A DNA stretch of 64,000 nt from Scenedesmus sp. PABB004 (Eukaryota): positions 434,001 to 498,000 of the forward strand of contig CM026548.1 in assembly GCA_014905635.1 (NCBI GenBank). Direction: 5' to 3'. Under the pieces are notes generated by a model. It had not been told where the DNA came from. It worked only from the letters and a program-made list of their open reading frames with translations, and ran no database searches. Shown piece by piece: positions 1 through 12,934 of this stretch (positions are counted from its first letter, which is position 1; the number at the start of each line of letters is the position of its first letter). The translations under genes and the position numbers were made by a program.

Positions 1-2818
1 GCAGCTCTGGGCGCTGGTCCAGGAGGTGGCGCCGGGCGCGGAGCTCGACCCGGCCGCGCTGCAGGTCGAGCTCGAGGCGTACCGGCCCAAGCTGCTCGCG
101 CTCTTTCGCAACAAGGTGCGCCCCGGCGGCGCGCAGCAGCGGGAGGCGGCGCAGCGCCCGGCGGCGCGCACGGCGGCCGCGCGCGCGCGCGCCGGCGGCC
201 GCTGCTGCCGCGCGGCAACCGCCGCAGCCGCCGCGCGCGCCGGGCGCCGCGCCGCGCGCCCCACCGCCGCGCGCTCCGCCGCCGCCGTCCCGGCGCAGGG
301 CCCGGATGCGGGCCTGCGGGCGCAGGTGCAGCGCGGGCGCGTGGCGACGCCGTCGTTCGGGGAGGTGCCGCTCGATCGCGACCCTGATCAGCACTGGGTG
401 CGCGCGCGCGCGGCGGCGCCGCGGGGGGCAGCTGCGCGCGGGGGCCGCTGCCGCAGGCCGGCGCCGGCTTCGCGAGCGCGAGCCCACGGCGCCGCCGGCT
501 CGCACCCCCGCCGCCGCAGGTGGTGGAGCTGTCGGACAAGCTCCGCCTGGATGAGGTGACGTGCGTGGAGCTGCTGGCGTACGCGCAAGAGATGGTGCGG
601 CGGCGGCGGCCGCCGCCGCCGCGGGCCGCGCCCGCCGGCGCGCGCTCGCGGCCCGCGCGCCGACCGCGCCGCGCACCCCCGCCGCGCAGTGGGGCCTGGG
701 CGGGCTGGAGGCGGCGTTTGGGACGTACCTGCTGGAGCGTCTTGACGCCGCGCGCGCGCTCAGCCGGCTGCTGGCGCTGCAGCTCTTCCACCAGCTGGAG
801 GTGGGGCAGGCGGGCGAGGCCGAAGGTGCGCCGGCGCCGTGCGCGCGGGCGGACGGCGCGGCGCTGCATGCGGGCGGCCGCCCCAACCGCGCCGGCGCGC
901 GCCCCGGCGGCGCCGCAGGCGACGTGTCGGGCGGCGCCGGCGGCGGCGCGTCGGGCGACGGCATCAGCGGCAGCCTCGCGGCGTTGATGGAGTCGCAGCC
1001 GCTGCTGGCCGTGGTGTCGCGCTTCAACGAGGGCCTGCTGCGCGCCGAGGAGGGCGGCAAGAACACGCTGGTCGCCCGGCTCATTGAGGCCGTCCGGGTG
1101 CGGCGCCGGCGGCGGCGGCAGGCGTCACCGCGGCGGCAGCTGCGGCAGCGGCATCACCACCACCAGCGCCAGCAGCGGTGGCGGTGGCGGCCCACCACTC
1201 CGCCCGCCCGCCCGCCTGCCCTGCTGCTTGCAGGACCACACGCTCGACAGCCTGGGCCCCTCCTTTGCCGTCGCGCTGGACCAGTACGGCTGCCAGGCCA
1301 GCCGCACCTGGTACATCCAGCAGGCGCGTGCGGCGGGGGCCGCCGCGTGCGCCCTGCGGCCGGGCCGCTGCGGCGCCGCCCTGGGCCCCCTCCGGGCGCA
1401 GCACCTGCCCCGTCCCGCGCGCCGCCCACGCGCCGCGCCCGCGCGCCGCCGCTGCGGGGCTCGCAGGAGCGCGGCGAGCTGTGCCGCGCGCTGCTGTACG
1501 CTGTCGTGCTGAGCCCCACGCCGCTCACGCCGGCCACGCTGGCGGAGCTGCTGCAGCTGCTGGAGGCGCTGGCGGGCAAGGTCAAGGCGGCAGGTGCGCC
1601 GCCGGGCGCCGCACCTGCGCGCAGGGCGGGGCGGGGCGGGTCTTGCCGCCGCGCGCGGCCGATCACGAGCGGCGCCGCGGCGCTTCGCCCGTGCCGACTG
1701 CCTCGCGCCGCCCGCCGCGCGCAGGCGCGTCTGCGCCGCACGCGCTGCTGCAGCAGGCCACGTCGTGCCTTTTCGCGGTCATCACCGCCGTGAGCCTCGG
1801 CAACGCGGCGGGCGGCGCGCCGCGCGCGCCCGCCACGCTCGCGCAGCTGCTGCGCTCGCCGGACCTCGCGCCCCACCTCCAGCGCGGTGAGCTCGGGCGG
1901 CCGCGCCCGCGTGGCGGCCGCCGCCGCCGCCGCAGCTGCCGTGCCCGCCCGCCCGCCCGCGCTGCTCAGCGCGCCCGCCGCGCCCCGGCGCGCCCCGGCA
2001 GTGTCCAAGCCGGAGGACGGCTTTGCCGCGCTGGTCGCGCTCGCAGTCGGCCTGACGCGCGACGCGCTCGCGACCGCGCGCGCCGGCGGCCCGCTCGCCG
2101 GCGGCGTCGGCGCCGCGCCGCCCGGCCCGCTCGACGCGTCCGGCGGCGGCGCCGCGGCGCCGGCCGCGCTGCTCGAGGCCGCGGGCCGCGCGCGCGCGCT
2201 CGGCATGCTGTCGTGGCTGCTGAGCAGCACGGCGTTTGCGCTCGAGCCCGAGGCGGGGCACAAGGCGCTCGCCGCGCGCATGGCGTACCGCCTGATCACC
2301 GAGATGCTGGAGTTTGATGTCGCCAGCAGGCGGTACGCACGGGGCGCGGGGCTCAGCCCAGGGCCCACGCCTGCTTATGCCCGCGCGCCGCGCAGCGCCG
2401 CGCCGTGCCGAGCGCGGCCCTCCGCGCCCGCGCCCGCCGCCGCGTGCGCCGCGCAGGGAGCTGACGGAGAGCCTCATCCGCGAGAGCCGGCAGCACCAGG
2501 ACCGCGGCGTGAGCAGCAGCCGCGGCGGCGCGTTCCTGCCGCTCGGCGGCGCCGGCGGCGCCGCCGCGCCCGGCGCGTCGCCCGGCCCCGGCACGCCCAC
2601 CGGCGCGCAGGGCGGCCTCGGCCTGCTGCCGGCGCCGGGCGCGGCGGCGGGTGGTGCCGCCGCCGCCGCACCGGGCGGCGGCGGCCTGGCGCCGCAGGAC
2701 GACCTCTCGAGCCTGCTCGAGGCGCTCGCGGTGGTGTTCGGCGTGCGCCCGGGGCTGTGGTTTGACGGCGAGGCGCCGGAGAGCTACCCGCACGTTTCGA
2801 GCTTTATGAGCTATGTGA

Positions 2819-2851
<33 letters not shown>

Positions 2852-2866
2852 TCTGCCGCCGCCTCT

Positions 2867-2898
<32 letters not shown>

Positions 2899-5800
2899 TG
2901 CCGCTGCAGCTGCCGCGCCTGCCCGGCCGGCCGCGGCGCGCCGCGCCGCCACGCCCGTGCGCCCGCGCGCCGCCACGCCCGCGGCGCCGCAGGTCGCGGT
3001 GCACCCTGCGATGCAGCTGCCCGACGTGCGCGTGAGCTTCCTCGGCGTGCTCGCCGCGCTCGCGGCGGGGCCGCGCGGCAGCCGCTTCTGCCTCGCGCAG
3101 TTCCGGCAGAACGCGGGCAAGCCAGAGCTGGAGCACTTTACGTGGCGCAAGCTCTTCCAGAGCATCGTCGTGTACTGCCGGTGCGCCCCCGCCCCGGCCG
3201 CCGCCGCGCCCCCGGCCGCCGCCGCGCGCCCGGCCACCGCGCCCATGCCCTTGCCGCCGCCACACGCGCCCATGCCTCGGCCGCGCCGCGCACGCCGCCG
3301 CAGGCGCTACGAGGAGCTGGAGCGCGAGGCGATCGTCGGCGGCAGCAGCGTCGTTGCGACGGGCCTGCTCGCGGCGCGCGACGACGCGCTGATGCCGCCG
3401 GGCGACGCCGCGCTGCTGGTGGCCTACCTCGACCTGCTGGGGTGCGGCGGCGGCGGCGGCGCCGGCTGCGCGGCTGCGCGGCTGCGGATCCGCAGGCCCC
3501 TGCCCGCGCGGCGCGCCCCGGCGCCGAGAGCCTGCGCCGAGAGCCCGCCCCCGCCCCCGCGCACGCCCCTGCCCGCACTCGCAGGAAGATCATCGACCAG
3601 GGCGCAGAGCAGGAGGTCCGGGCCGAGCTGCAGGTCCGCACCCCGCACGCCGCGCACCGCATGCGCCGCATGCGCGCACACACGGCGCGTGCGCTGCGCG
3701 CCAGCCCGCGCCCCGCCGACGCGCGCCGGCCCCGCCATGTCGCGGCGCGCAGGGGCTCGAGCGCGACGTGTCGAGCGTGCTGGGCGGGCTGCCGCTGTAC
3801 GAGCCCCTCTTCCAGCTCATGTGCCACGGCGTGCCTTCGAGTGAGCCGCCACGAGCGGGCCGCCGCAGCCGCCGCAGCGGCGGCGACGGCCGCGCGCGCC
3901 CGCCCCGCCGGCCGCGCCGCCGCGCTCACGCTCCGCGCCGTGCCGCGCCGCAGGCGTCAAGGCGGCGGTGCACCGGTCGCTGGGGTGCCTGGCGCGCTTC
4001 AAGGAGCTCGCGCCGCGCCTGCTCGAGCGCCTGCTCGTCGCCGCGGTCGTGGCGAGCCCGCAGGGCGTCATGGAGGGCTACGCCGGTGCGCCCCCGCCGC
4101 TCGCCGCTCGCCGCCCGCGCCGCCGCCGCCGCCGCCGCTGTGCAGGGCAGGCGCCCGCGCTCCGCGGCCCGCGCAGCCGCCTGACGCCCGCCTTCGCGCC
4201 TGCGCGCCGCCGCGCCTGCACCGCGCCGTCGCAGGCCTGCCGCGCTTTGACCTTCTCGCGCAGGTCAACGAGGTCGAGGCGCGCGCCGAGGAGTACAGCG
4301 AGAGCCTGGCCTTCCTGGGCTTTGTCAACCGCCTGCTCGCCGCGCTCGGCCCCGCCAGCCTGCCCGGCGGCGGGCTCGCGGTCGGGCACTACACGGCGGC
4401 GGTGCTGCAGCACGTCGTGGGCAACCTCTGGCAGCGCGGCTACAGGCGCGCGGCGCGGCGCGGCGCGCTGGCGCGGGCGCGGGCGCCGCGCGGCAGCCAC
4501 CGCCGCGGTCGCCGACCGCGGCCCCTCCCGCTCCCCGCGCCGCGCGCAGGGACCCCGCCCAGAAGTGGCAGCTCGCGGCGGCGTGCTTCAAGCACTGCCA
4601 GCTCGCGCTGACCTTGCTCGCGAGCTGCCCGCCGCTCACGCACGAGCTGCTTGCGCGCCCGCCGCCCGGGCTGAGCGTGCTCATCAGCCTGCTCGGTGGG
4701 CGCCAGCTCGAGCGCGCGCTGCTGCAGCACGTGCTGCAGCCGGGGCAGGAGGAGCTGGCGGTGCGTGGCGCGTGCGGCAGCGGCGCCGCGTCCGCCGCTC
4801 TCGCCGCGCGCTCGCGCGCGCGCGCGCGCTCTCACCCCCGCCGCGCTGCGGCCCGCCCGCGCAGGCGTCGATGGAGGCGGGCTCGGAGGGCCCGCCCCGG
4901 CAGGCTGCGGTGCTCGAGGGCCTGCGCCTGCTCAACTCGGCACTCGAGTACGACACGGCCGCCGCCGAGCAGCTCGCGGGCCTGAGCGTGCGCGAGCGCC
5001 TCGCGCCGCTGCACAGCCTGCTGCTTTCGCCGGCGCGGCGGCTGCCCACGCTGCTCCAGTATCTGCTCTACCCGGACGAGGCGGTGCAGCTCGAGGTGCG
5101 CGGCGCGGCGCGGTCACGCGCACCCGCGGTCACTCGCACCCGCGCGCGGCGCACCGTGGCTCGCCCGCCCCTGACCGCGCCCGCCCCCGCGCCCGCGCCC
5201 GCGACCACGCCCGCGCCCGCGCCCGGCAGGCGGCCAAGCTGCTGGCGGCGCTCGCCGCGCGGCTTCCCAACCTGGTGCCGCTGCTGCAGCCCAACTTTGA
5301 CGACGGCCCCGCGCTGCTCGTGCGCCAGGGCGCGGCGCAGAGCCTCGAGCTCGCGCTGCTCGACCACGCCGGGCCCGGCGGCTTCGGCGGCGCGGCGGAG
5401 GAGGCGGGCAAGGCCGACGGTGCGCGGCGGGAGCGCGCTGCCGTGTGCGCCGCTCCCGCCGTGCCCCCCGGGCGGAGCGGCGCGCCGACGCCGCCGCCGC
5501 ACGCGCCGCCCTCGCACGCGCGCGCGCACGCAGGCCCGCCCGCCGACGGCGCGGCGGCCGGCGGCGGCGCGCCGGCGAGCCCCGGCGACGCGCGCGCGGA
5601 GCTGCTGCTGGACGTCATGCTGGGCACGCTGCGCGGCAGCCCGCCGCCCACGCTGGGCCACCTGCTGCTCGGCTTTGACACCACCGCGCCGCCCGCTGAC
5701 TGGGCGCGCGTGGGGCTGGCGCCGCAGCTGGAGTTTACGTGCATGACCGTGCTGCTGCGCGCGCTGCAGGTGCGCGCCGCGCCGCCCCGGCTAGCCGCGC

Positions 5801-8800
5801 CGCGCCCGCCGCCCCCAGCCTGCCGCCCGCCGCGCCGCGCGCCCTGCGCCCGCCGCTGTGCGCGCGCGCGTCCCAACCGGCCCCCTCTGCCGCGCCCGCG
5901 CCCGCGCCCGCGCCCGGCAGGCCGCGCCGCTGCAGCGGCTCAAGCCGGCGCTGTACGCCAAGGCCCTGCAGCTGCTCTACGCTGTCGCCGCCGAGCCGCT
6001 CACGTGCGAGCCGGCGTTCCGGCTGCTGCACCCGGCCGAGGCGGCGGGCGGGCTGCTGCCCGGCCTCGGCGCGCTGCTGCTGGAGCCGCTCGACGGCGAG
6101 GGCGCGCACGCCGTGCACGACCAGGCGCGCCGGCGGCGCCGCCGCGGCGGCAGGGCGGGGCGGGCGCGCGACGCGCGCGGCGCGGACCCGGCGGCGCCCC
6201 CGCGCGCGCCGTGTGACGCCGCGCCGCGCCGTGCCGCGCCCCGCGCGCCGCGCAGGTGGCGTCGCTGCGGCAGCGCGCCTACGTGTTGCGCCTGTACGCG
6301 CTCGCGCTGCTGCGCTGCGAGCAGCGGGCCATGTTGGAGCCGCTGCTCGCGGCGCTGCTGTGCCCGCCCGGCGCCGGCGGCGCCCCGGGCAGCCCCGGCA
6401 CGCCGCGCGGCGGCGCCGGCGGCGGCGGCTTTGGCGGCGGCGCCGCGCCCGCCGCGCTCGCGGCGCTGCAGGCGATCTGCCGCGTACCGCTCGCGGAGCC
6501 GAGCCTCAAGGACGTCCCCGGCGAGCTGCTGGCCCTGCAGCAGGAGATGGCGGCGGACGACGTCAGCGTGTACGCGCTGCTCACCCAGCCGGCCGCGATG
6601 GAGGCGGCGGGGCTCGTCGTCGCCGACGACTACGGCCAGCCCATCTTTGACTTTGCGGTGCGCCGGCGCGGCGGCGCGCCGGCACGCCGCATGCGCAGCG
6701 CCGCTCATGAGCCGCCGCCGCGTCGCCGCTCACGCGCCGCCGCCGCTCACGCGCCGCCGCGCGCCGTCGCGGGGTCCAGGTGCTGCAGCGCCTCCTCCAC
6801 GAGCGTTACGACGAGTACGTGGCCAAGGCGGGCGGCCGCGGCGGCGAGCGCGAGGCGCTCGCGCGCTGCGCCGTCGCGGCGGCGTTCGCGCACGCGCAGC
6901 AGGTCAACGCGCACGCGCTGCTCGCCGGTGAGTGAGCGTGCCGGGGGCGCTGCTCGGCCTGCCCGGCGCCGGGAGCGCGGCGCCGCCGCGCCGCCCGCCC
7001 GCGCGCTGCCAAAGCGCCGGCCGTGGGTCGCCCGCCCGCGCGCGCAGGCGCGCAGCGCGCCGCGGTGGCGGGCTGGGTGCAGGCGGTGGAGGTGGCGCTG
7101 ACCAAGTGCTATGCGCTGGTCAACACCAAGACCTGCCCCGGCGGTGGCCCCGAGCTGCTCCACGCCTGCCTGCTGGGTGCGCGCGCGGTGGAGCGCACGC
7201 TGCACGCACGCGCGTGCGCGGGCAGGCGCCGCAGCAGCCGTCGGCACAGCGCGCGCGCGCCCCCTGCGCCGGCCGCCGAGCCGCCGCCGCGCCGCCCGCG
7301 CGTGCAGGCACGCTGGGCCTCGTGCGCGACCTCGCGGGCCAGCAGGCGGGCGAGCTCGCCGAGGCGCTCGCGGGCTGCTGCCGCGTGCTGCTCAGCAAGC
7401 TGCAGGAGCTCGCGAGCGCGAGCCTCAGCCTTGGCCTGCCCGGCGACCCGCTCAGCCAGGTCCGCCTGCCCGTGCGCTGCCTCGCGCTGCTGCGGCTGCT
7501 GCTGGAGTGCCTCCTCGGCGCGGGCAGCCACAAGGGCCTGCGGTGCGAGATGTACGTCGCCCTGCTCCAGTACCTCCACTTTTGCCGCGGCAGCAAGCTC
7601 GGCGACTGCCCGCCGCTCGTGCTCTCCTGCCTCATCGCCGGCGCCGGCCCCGGCACGAGCGCGGCGCAGCTCGACGCGCTGCAGGCGGCGCTAGAGCAGG
7701 GCAACGGCACGGTGCTGCGCCCGCTCGCGGGCGACCTGGTCGGCCTGATGGCGGCGGACGTGCTGCAGCCGCCCGAGCGCGGCGGCACGGCGCAGGCCGT
7801 CGCGCTGCACCTGCTCGCCGCGCTCGTCGCGGCCGACCCCTCCTCCACCGCGCTCGCCGACGCGCTGCACCGCGCCAACGTGCCGCGCGGCCTGCTGGCG
7901 TGCGTGACGGACCACGCGCCGCACATCCTGCTGCAGCCGGCGAGCAAGTCGCAGGTGCGCGGCCGCCCGCCGCCGCGCTGCCTGCCCCGGCCCGCTGCGC
8001 TGCGCGCCGCCGCGCCGTCTGCCCCGGCCCGCTGCGCTGCGCGCCGCCGCGCCGCCTGCCCCGGCCCGCCGCGCGCCGCGCTGTGCTCACGCGCCCCCGC
8101 CGCCCCCGCCGCTCCCCCAGGCGGCGCTGCTAGTGCTGGAGGCGCAACTGTCGCTGCTGCTCGCGCTCGCGGCCGCGGGCGGCCCCGGCGCGCGCAAGGG
8201 CAGCACCAAGGCCGTCGCCGACGCCGGCGCGCTGCCCTACCTCACCGCCTGCCGCGCGCTCGACTACGCGCCAGAGCAGCCGAGCAGCCACCAGCGGCTC
8301 AAGAAGAGCGGAGCACTGCGGTGCGCGCCGCCGCCGCCGCCGCCGCACCGCCCCAGGCACAGCGTGCGCGGCGGCGCGCCGTGCTGACGCCGGCCACCCG
8401 CTGACCCCTGTCGCGTCGCCGCGCCGCCTCATGCCGCGCCCGCCTGTTCTATTCTAGGTATCGGCTGGTGCACCTGGTGTGCCCCGTGCTGCGCCTCGTG
8501 CTTGCGCTGCTCGCGGGCGCGCCGGGCAGCAGCGGCCTCGCCGAGCAGGCCGCCGCGTTTGCGGCCTCGCACGTCGACCTGCTGGCGCGGCTCCTGCAGG
8601 AGGCGGCGGCGCCAGGTGGGGCGCGCGTGCCGGGAGGGGCGCGCGGGCCCGCGCGGCGCTGGGCGGCCGCGGCGCCGCGGCGCCTGCGTGCGTCTGACGC
8701 GCCCCCCGTGCGCGGCGCGCAGGCACGCCCGCGTGGGCGCCCGGCGACGAGGAGCTGGAGCAGGCGGCGCTTGCGGTCAGCCTGCTCGCGGCGCTGCCGG

Positions 8801-10395
8801 GGGGCCTGCTCGCCGCGCCCGGCGCCGGCGGCGCCGGCAGCGCGCTCGCGGGCCTGCGCCGCGACCTGTGGCGCCTGGTGCTGGTGCTGGGCGGCCACGA
8901 CCGCAAGGACGGGGGCGGGGCCAGCAGCATCGTGGTGAGCCGCTGCTGCCGCTGCCGCTGCCGCTGCCTCGCGTTGCTTGCCCCGCGCGGAAGTCCTGGC
9001 GCGCCGCGCCAGCGCCTCCGCACGGCGCACCGCCGACCCCCCCCCCCCTCCCCCCTGCACGCGCCGCGCCCGCAGGCCCAGCTGCGGCGCGACGGCGGCG
9101 CCGGCGGCGGCGCCTCGCGCGCGAAGCAGGAGCGCCGGCGCGCGCTGCTGCTGCAGCTGCGCTGCGGCCTCGCGGCGTGCCTGCGTGAGGCGGTCACGCC
9201 GCCGCCGCCGGGCGCGGCGGGCAAGGGCAAGGGCCCCGCCGTGAGCGGCGACCTGCTCGTGTGCGTGGGGCACCAGGCCCAGGTGAGCGGAGTTGACGCG
9301 GGGCACGGCTCGCCACCGCTGCGCACTGGCGCCACGGGGGGCAGCGGCGGCTGGCAGGGGCCGCTGCGGCGCCGGCTGCGGCACCGGCTGCCCTGGTGCC
9401 GGGCCTCCTCCGCTGCGCCCCACCACTGCCGCCGCCGCCGCCGCCGCCGCCAGACTGCGGTGGACGCGATGGGCCGGCCGACGCTGCTGCTGGTGCGCGA
9501 CACGGCCGACCAGGCGCTCGCCGACACGGGGGCGCTGGCGGAGGAGCTGGAGGGCCTGCTGGCCTTCCTGCGCGCCCCCGACGCGCTGACAAGCAACGCC
9601 GACGTTGCGGCCAAGCTCGCCGCGTGGGGGCCGGGGCTCGCGGGCCTCGGCGGCGGCGCCGCCGACGGCGCCGCCGACGCCGACGGCGACGGCACATCGT
9701 CGCGGGCGCTCGTGCTGGCGGGCGAGCCCGGCGCCGACGGCGGCGCGCTCGCGGCGGCGGCGGGCGCGTTTGCGGGGCTCGACCCCGCCGCCGCGCGGCG
9801 CCTGGCGCGGCAGTGCGCCGCGCGCGGCGCGGCGGCGCTGCTGTCGCAGCTGCGGCAGCAGCTGCACCTGGTGGAGCAGTGCCTGGCGATCGTGTTGCTG
9901 CACTTTGTGCAGGTGCGGCCGCGGCGCACGGGGGCGGCCTGCGCTGAGCGCGCGCCGCGCAGCGCCCGCGCCCGACCTTCGCCCCCCCCCCCGCCCGCGC
10001 CCGCGCCGCGCCGCCGCCGCGCGCAGTGCCTGCCGCGCCCCGACACCGCGGCGGTGATGGCCGCGTCCGAGGGCGGCGGCGGCCCCGGCGGCGACGCGAT
10101 GGCCCTGGACGGCGGCGCCGGCGCCGGCGGCGACCAGCTGCTGCCCAGCCCCGGGCCCGAGGCCGCCGCGCGGCTGGGCAGCGCCGGCGACCTGCAGTTC
10201 TTTGCCGGAAAGATGCGCGACGTCTGCTCCGGCGCCGACGAGGCGGTGAGCCACGTGCGCGAGCTGCTCGCGGTCGCGGGCGGCGGCGGGCCGGGCGCCG
10301 GCGGCGCGCCGCTCGGCGGCGAGGAGTACGGGGAGAGCTGCGACTCACTGGAGCTGCTCAACCGCCAGCTGAAGGCCTACCTCGCGAGCCTGTGA
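1..10395 (+). CDS. NUP205: Nuclear pore complex protein Nup205 homologue (about 30 introns; 5' end lies outside the window)
   Basis: Spliced exons read ELSDKLRLDEVTCVELL, FDLLAQVNEVEARAEEYSESLAFLGFVNRLL, RGYRDPAQKWQLAAAC, PTLGHLLLGFD and LRCEMYVALLQYLHFC, which I recognise as Nup205/Nup192 blocks. Stop TGA at 10393-10395, followed by TGTAA at 10483. Confidence 0.88.
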
Positions 10396-10482
10396 GCGCG
10401 GAGCGGCGGGGCCGGGGAGCGGCGCGGCAGGCTCGCCCATCAAGGCTGAGATTCTTTGCTTTACCACGGCTGGCCGACGTGC

Positions 10483-10487
10483 TGTAA
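10483..10487 (+). promoter_or_regulatory. Chlorophyte polyadenylation signal TGTAA for NUP205
   Basis: TGTAA about 90 nt after the NUP205 stop. UGUAA is the established green-algal poly(A) signal. Confidence 0.6.
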
Positions 10488-12419
10488 CCAGCGTCTGCTT
10501 CGGTCCGGAGCCTCGCACGCTCCTCGGCCTCGTCTCCTCCTCCTGCCTCTTCTCCCAGCCAGCTGGCAACAGCAGACCGTGCCCCTCCATTCGGGGCAGC
10601 AGCGACAGCCACAGCACATGCCTCTGTCGGTCGCGGGGACCCACACGCGCCTCTTGCCGGCCCTTTCCTGCCTGGACTGGCATGCACACACAACTCAACG
10701 CAGACCAACAACACAGAAGAACGCTTATTCGCGGCGGCGCGCGTTGACTCGCGCAGACCCGCAACAGAGTGCTGCTGGCGCACCCACCTCCCTCCGCGTC
10801 ACAGCGCAGTGCCGCCGGCGGCCAGGCGCCGGGCTGCAGTCTCTTGTTCCTTTGGAGCCAGTTCGGGAGGGCGAGGGCGATGCGTGGTGTGGCGGGCGGC
10901 CCGGCGGCCGCCCGGTGCGGGCGCGGCCGGCCGGGGGACGTGGTGGGCGCAAGTGCCTCGGACGCTCACGCGGACCAACCTCGGCGCCGACTCGGCCGAA
11001 CAAACACACCACGCACGTGCGGCGTGGCACGCACCGCACCGCCACCGCCACCGCCCCGGCGGCTCTCCAACGAACGACACGGTGTGGGAGTGCTCGCGGG
11101 CGTCAGTCAGTCTGCCAGTCAGCGCCGCCAAGGGGTCGGGCTGCCAAGGGGCGAGGGCGCTGCGCGCCACGGCGGCCAGGGAGGGAACAGAAGCAGGGCT
11201 CAATCGCGGGAGCGCGCGTCGCGCCACCCAAGCAAGGCGCCGAAACGAAACGAACGCAGCGCACCAAGCCCTATGCCCACGCGCACCAAGCCCCGTGCCC
11301 CGTGCGCCGCCGCCGCCGCGCGATGCCGCCCACCCACCCACCAGCCAAGAGTGCAGCGAGCGACGCGGCGCGGGGGCGCGGCAATGAAAAAAGAAAGGCG
11401 GCCAGCGCGCGCGCGTGGGGCGGGGCAGCCGGCGGCAGCCCGCGCCCGCCGCGCGCGCGCGCCGCCGCCGGGCGGCGGGGGGGCGCCCGACCAGCAGCCT
11501 GCACGTCAATACCCAGAGACATGTGCCGTCACGAATGGTGTGTGTGACGGGTGCCGGCGGCACAAGCACGCTACGTACGTACGAGCTGCACAGGCAATGG
11601 TGGGGTGCTGCCAATGGTGAGGTGCAGCACGCAGCCGAGTAGTACATCGTACACAGCCTGCACGGCCGGGGGCGCAGCTGGGGCTGCCTCGCCCGGCCGG
11701 CGGCGCGGCGCAGCCCCGTGCGGCGCGGCGCACCCCCGCCCCTCCCCCGGGCCCACCACACCGCACACACATCGTGGCCGCCAGACTCGGGACGCACAAA
11801 TGGCAAGGCACGCGAACAAACCGAGCCCGAGGACCCCACTACACACGCAGGCGGCGTTGTCTGGCCGCCGAGACTCACAACGGTGCGCACCGGCAGGGCG
11901 TGTCGTTTGATTTGGGTGGGTGACTCAGCCCTGGCCAGGGGGCGTGACAAAAGAAGACGTTGGAAGGCCGCTAGATGGCGCAAGACGACGGGGGACACGG
12001 GTGACAGCACCCGCTGTCAAAGGTGGAGGCGTCGGGGCCGCAGTCGCCGGCCCCGGCCACTAGCCGCGACAAGGCGCGCGGCGCAGTCAGTGCACGCGCG
12101 ATCGTCGACGCTTCTCTGGGCGCCGCGGCGCTGCGTCTCAGCAGCGCCAGCGCGCGCCGCCTGCAGGGCGCGGCGCCGGGCGCAGCCGGGCTGCCGCCGG
12201 CGGCAGCCCGAGCCCGCGCCCGCCCGCGCCCTCACTCCGCTGGCCGCGCCGGCCGGTCAAGCGTTGGGCCGGCGCGGCGCGCTGTGTGCTGGTGCAGTCC
12301 TGCGCTCGGCCGCGCCCAGTCCTGCGCGGGCGCTGCCGCCGCCCATTTCTGCTGGGCGCGCGACTGGTCAGCCTGCTCCGCGCACACGCGCACGCGCGCG
12401 CGCGCGCTCCCGTCAAGGC

Positions 12420-12934
12420 TCACTCGGCGGCCGCGGCGGCGAACCGTGAGCGGCGGGGGGGCGCCGACGGCGACGCCGCCGCCTCGAGGGCCGGGGGCGC
12501 CGCCCAGTAGCGGCGGGGGCGGAGCATCGCCGCGAGCTCGGGGGACGTGAGGTCATCTGCGGAGTCCCAAAAACGGGGCAGGCCGCCGGCGCCGACCTGC
12601 GGGCAGGGCGGCGAGGTGCAGTGGGCTGGGGGGGAGCGCGCGGGGCGGCCTGCCGCGGCTCGGCGCGGCGGCGGGGCCCCCCTCACCCTGCCGGCCTTGA
12701 CCGGCGACGAGCCACTCGGCGCCTGCGGCGCCCGAGCCTGCGCGTCCTGGGGCGTGCTCGTGGCGACCGCCTTGGCCTGCGGGCGGGGCGAGGCGGCAAC
12801 TATCGCAAAAAAATCCGGCAACGGCAACGTGCCAAATATCTGCGGGCCCGCCGCGGCGCGGCGCGCGCCTGAAGGCGGTGGCCGGCCTCGCCACCGCGCT
12901 CCCCGACGTCCAGGCCGAGCACCGGGCGGCACAT
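12420..12934 (-). CDS. Small hypothetical protein, possibly 3 exons (12934-12869, 12839-12687, 12596-12420)
   Basis: Reads MCRPVLGLDVGERGGEAGHRLQ / IFGTLPLPDFFAIVAASP...VKAGR / VGAGGLPRFWDSADDLTSPELAAMLRPRRYW...AE*. The second intron is a clean 90-nt GTGAG...CAG. The first would be only 29 nt (GC-AG), which is doubtful. No known domain. Confidence 0.35.

Noticed and set aside
2326..2340. Possible additional GC donor in NUP205 (AG|GCGGTA)
   Set aside because: A same-phase GT donor (GTACGC) lies 3 nt downstream, so it was not counted as GC-AG.
10490..10600. Minus-strand GAGG...AGCAG resembling SRP RNA helix 8
   Set aside because: No convincing helix 6 or Alu domain, and it abuts the NUP205 poly(A) region.
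11790..11805. ACGCACAAAT resembling part of U6 snRNA, or an Sm site on the minus strand
   Set aside because: No ACAGAGA box or other snRNA elements nearby; a short chance match.
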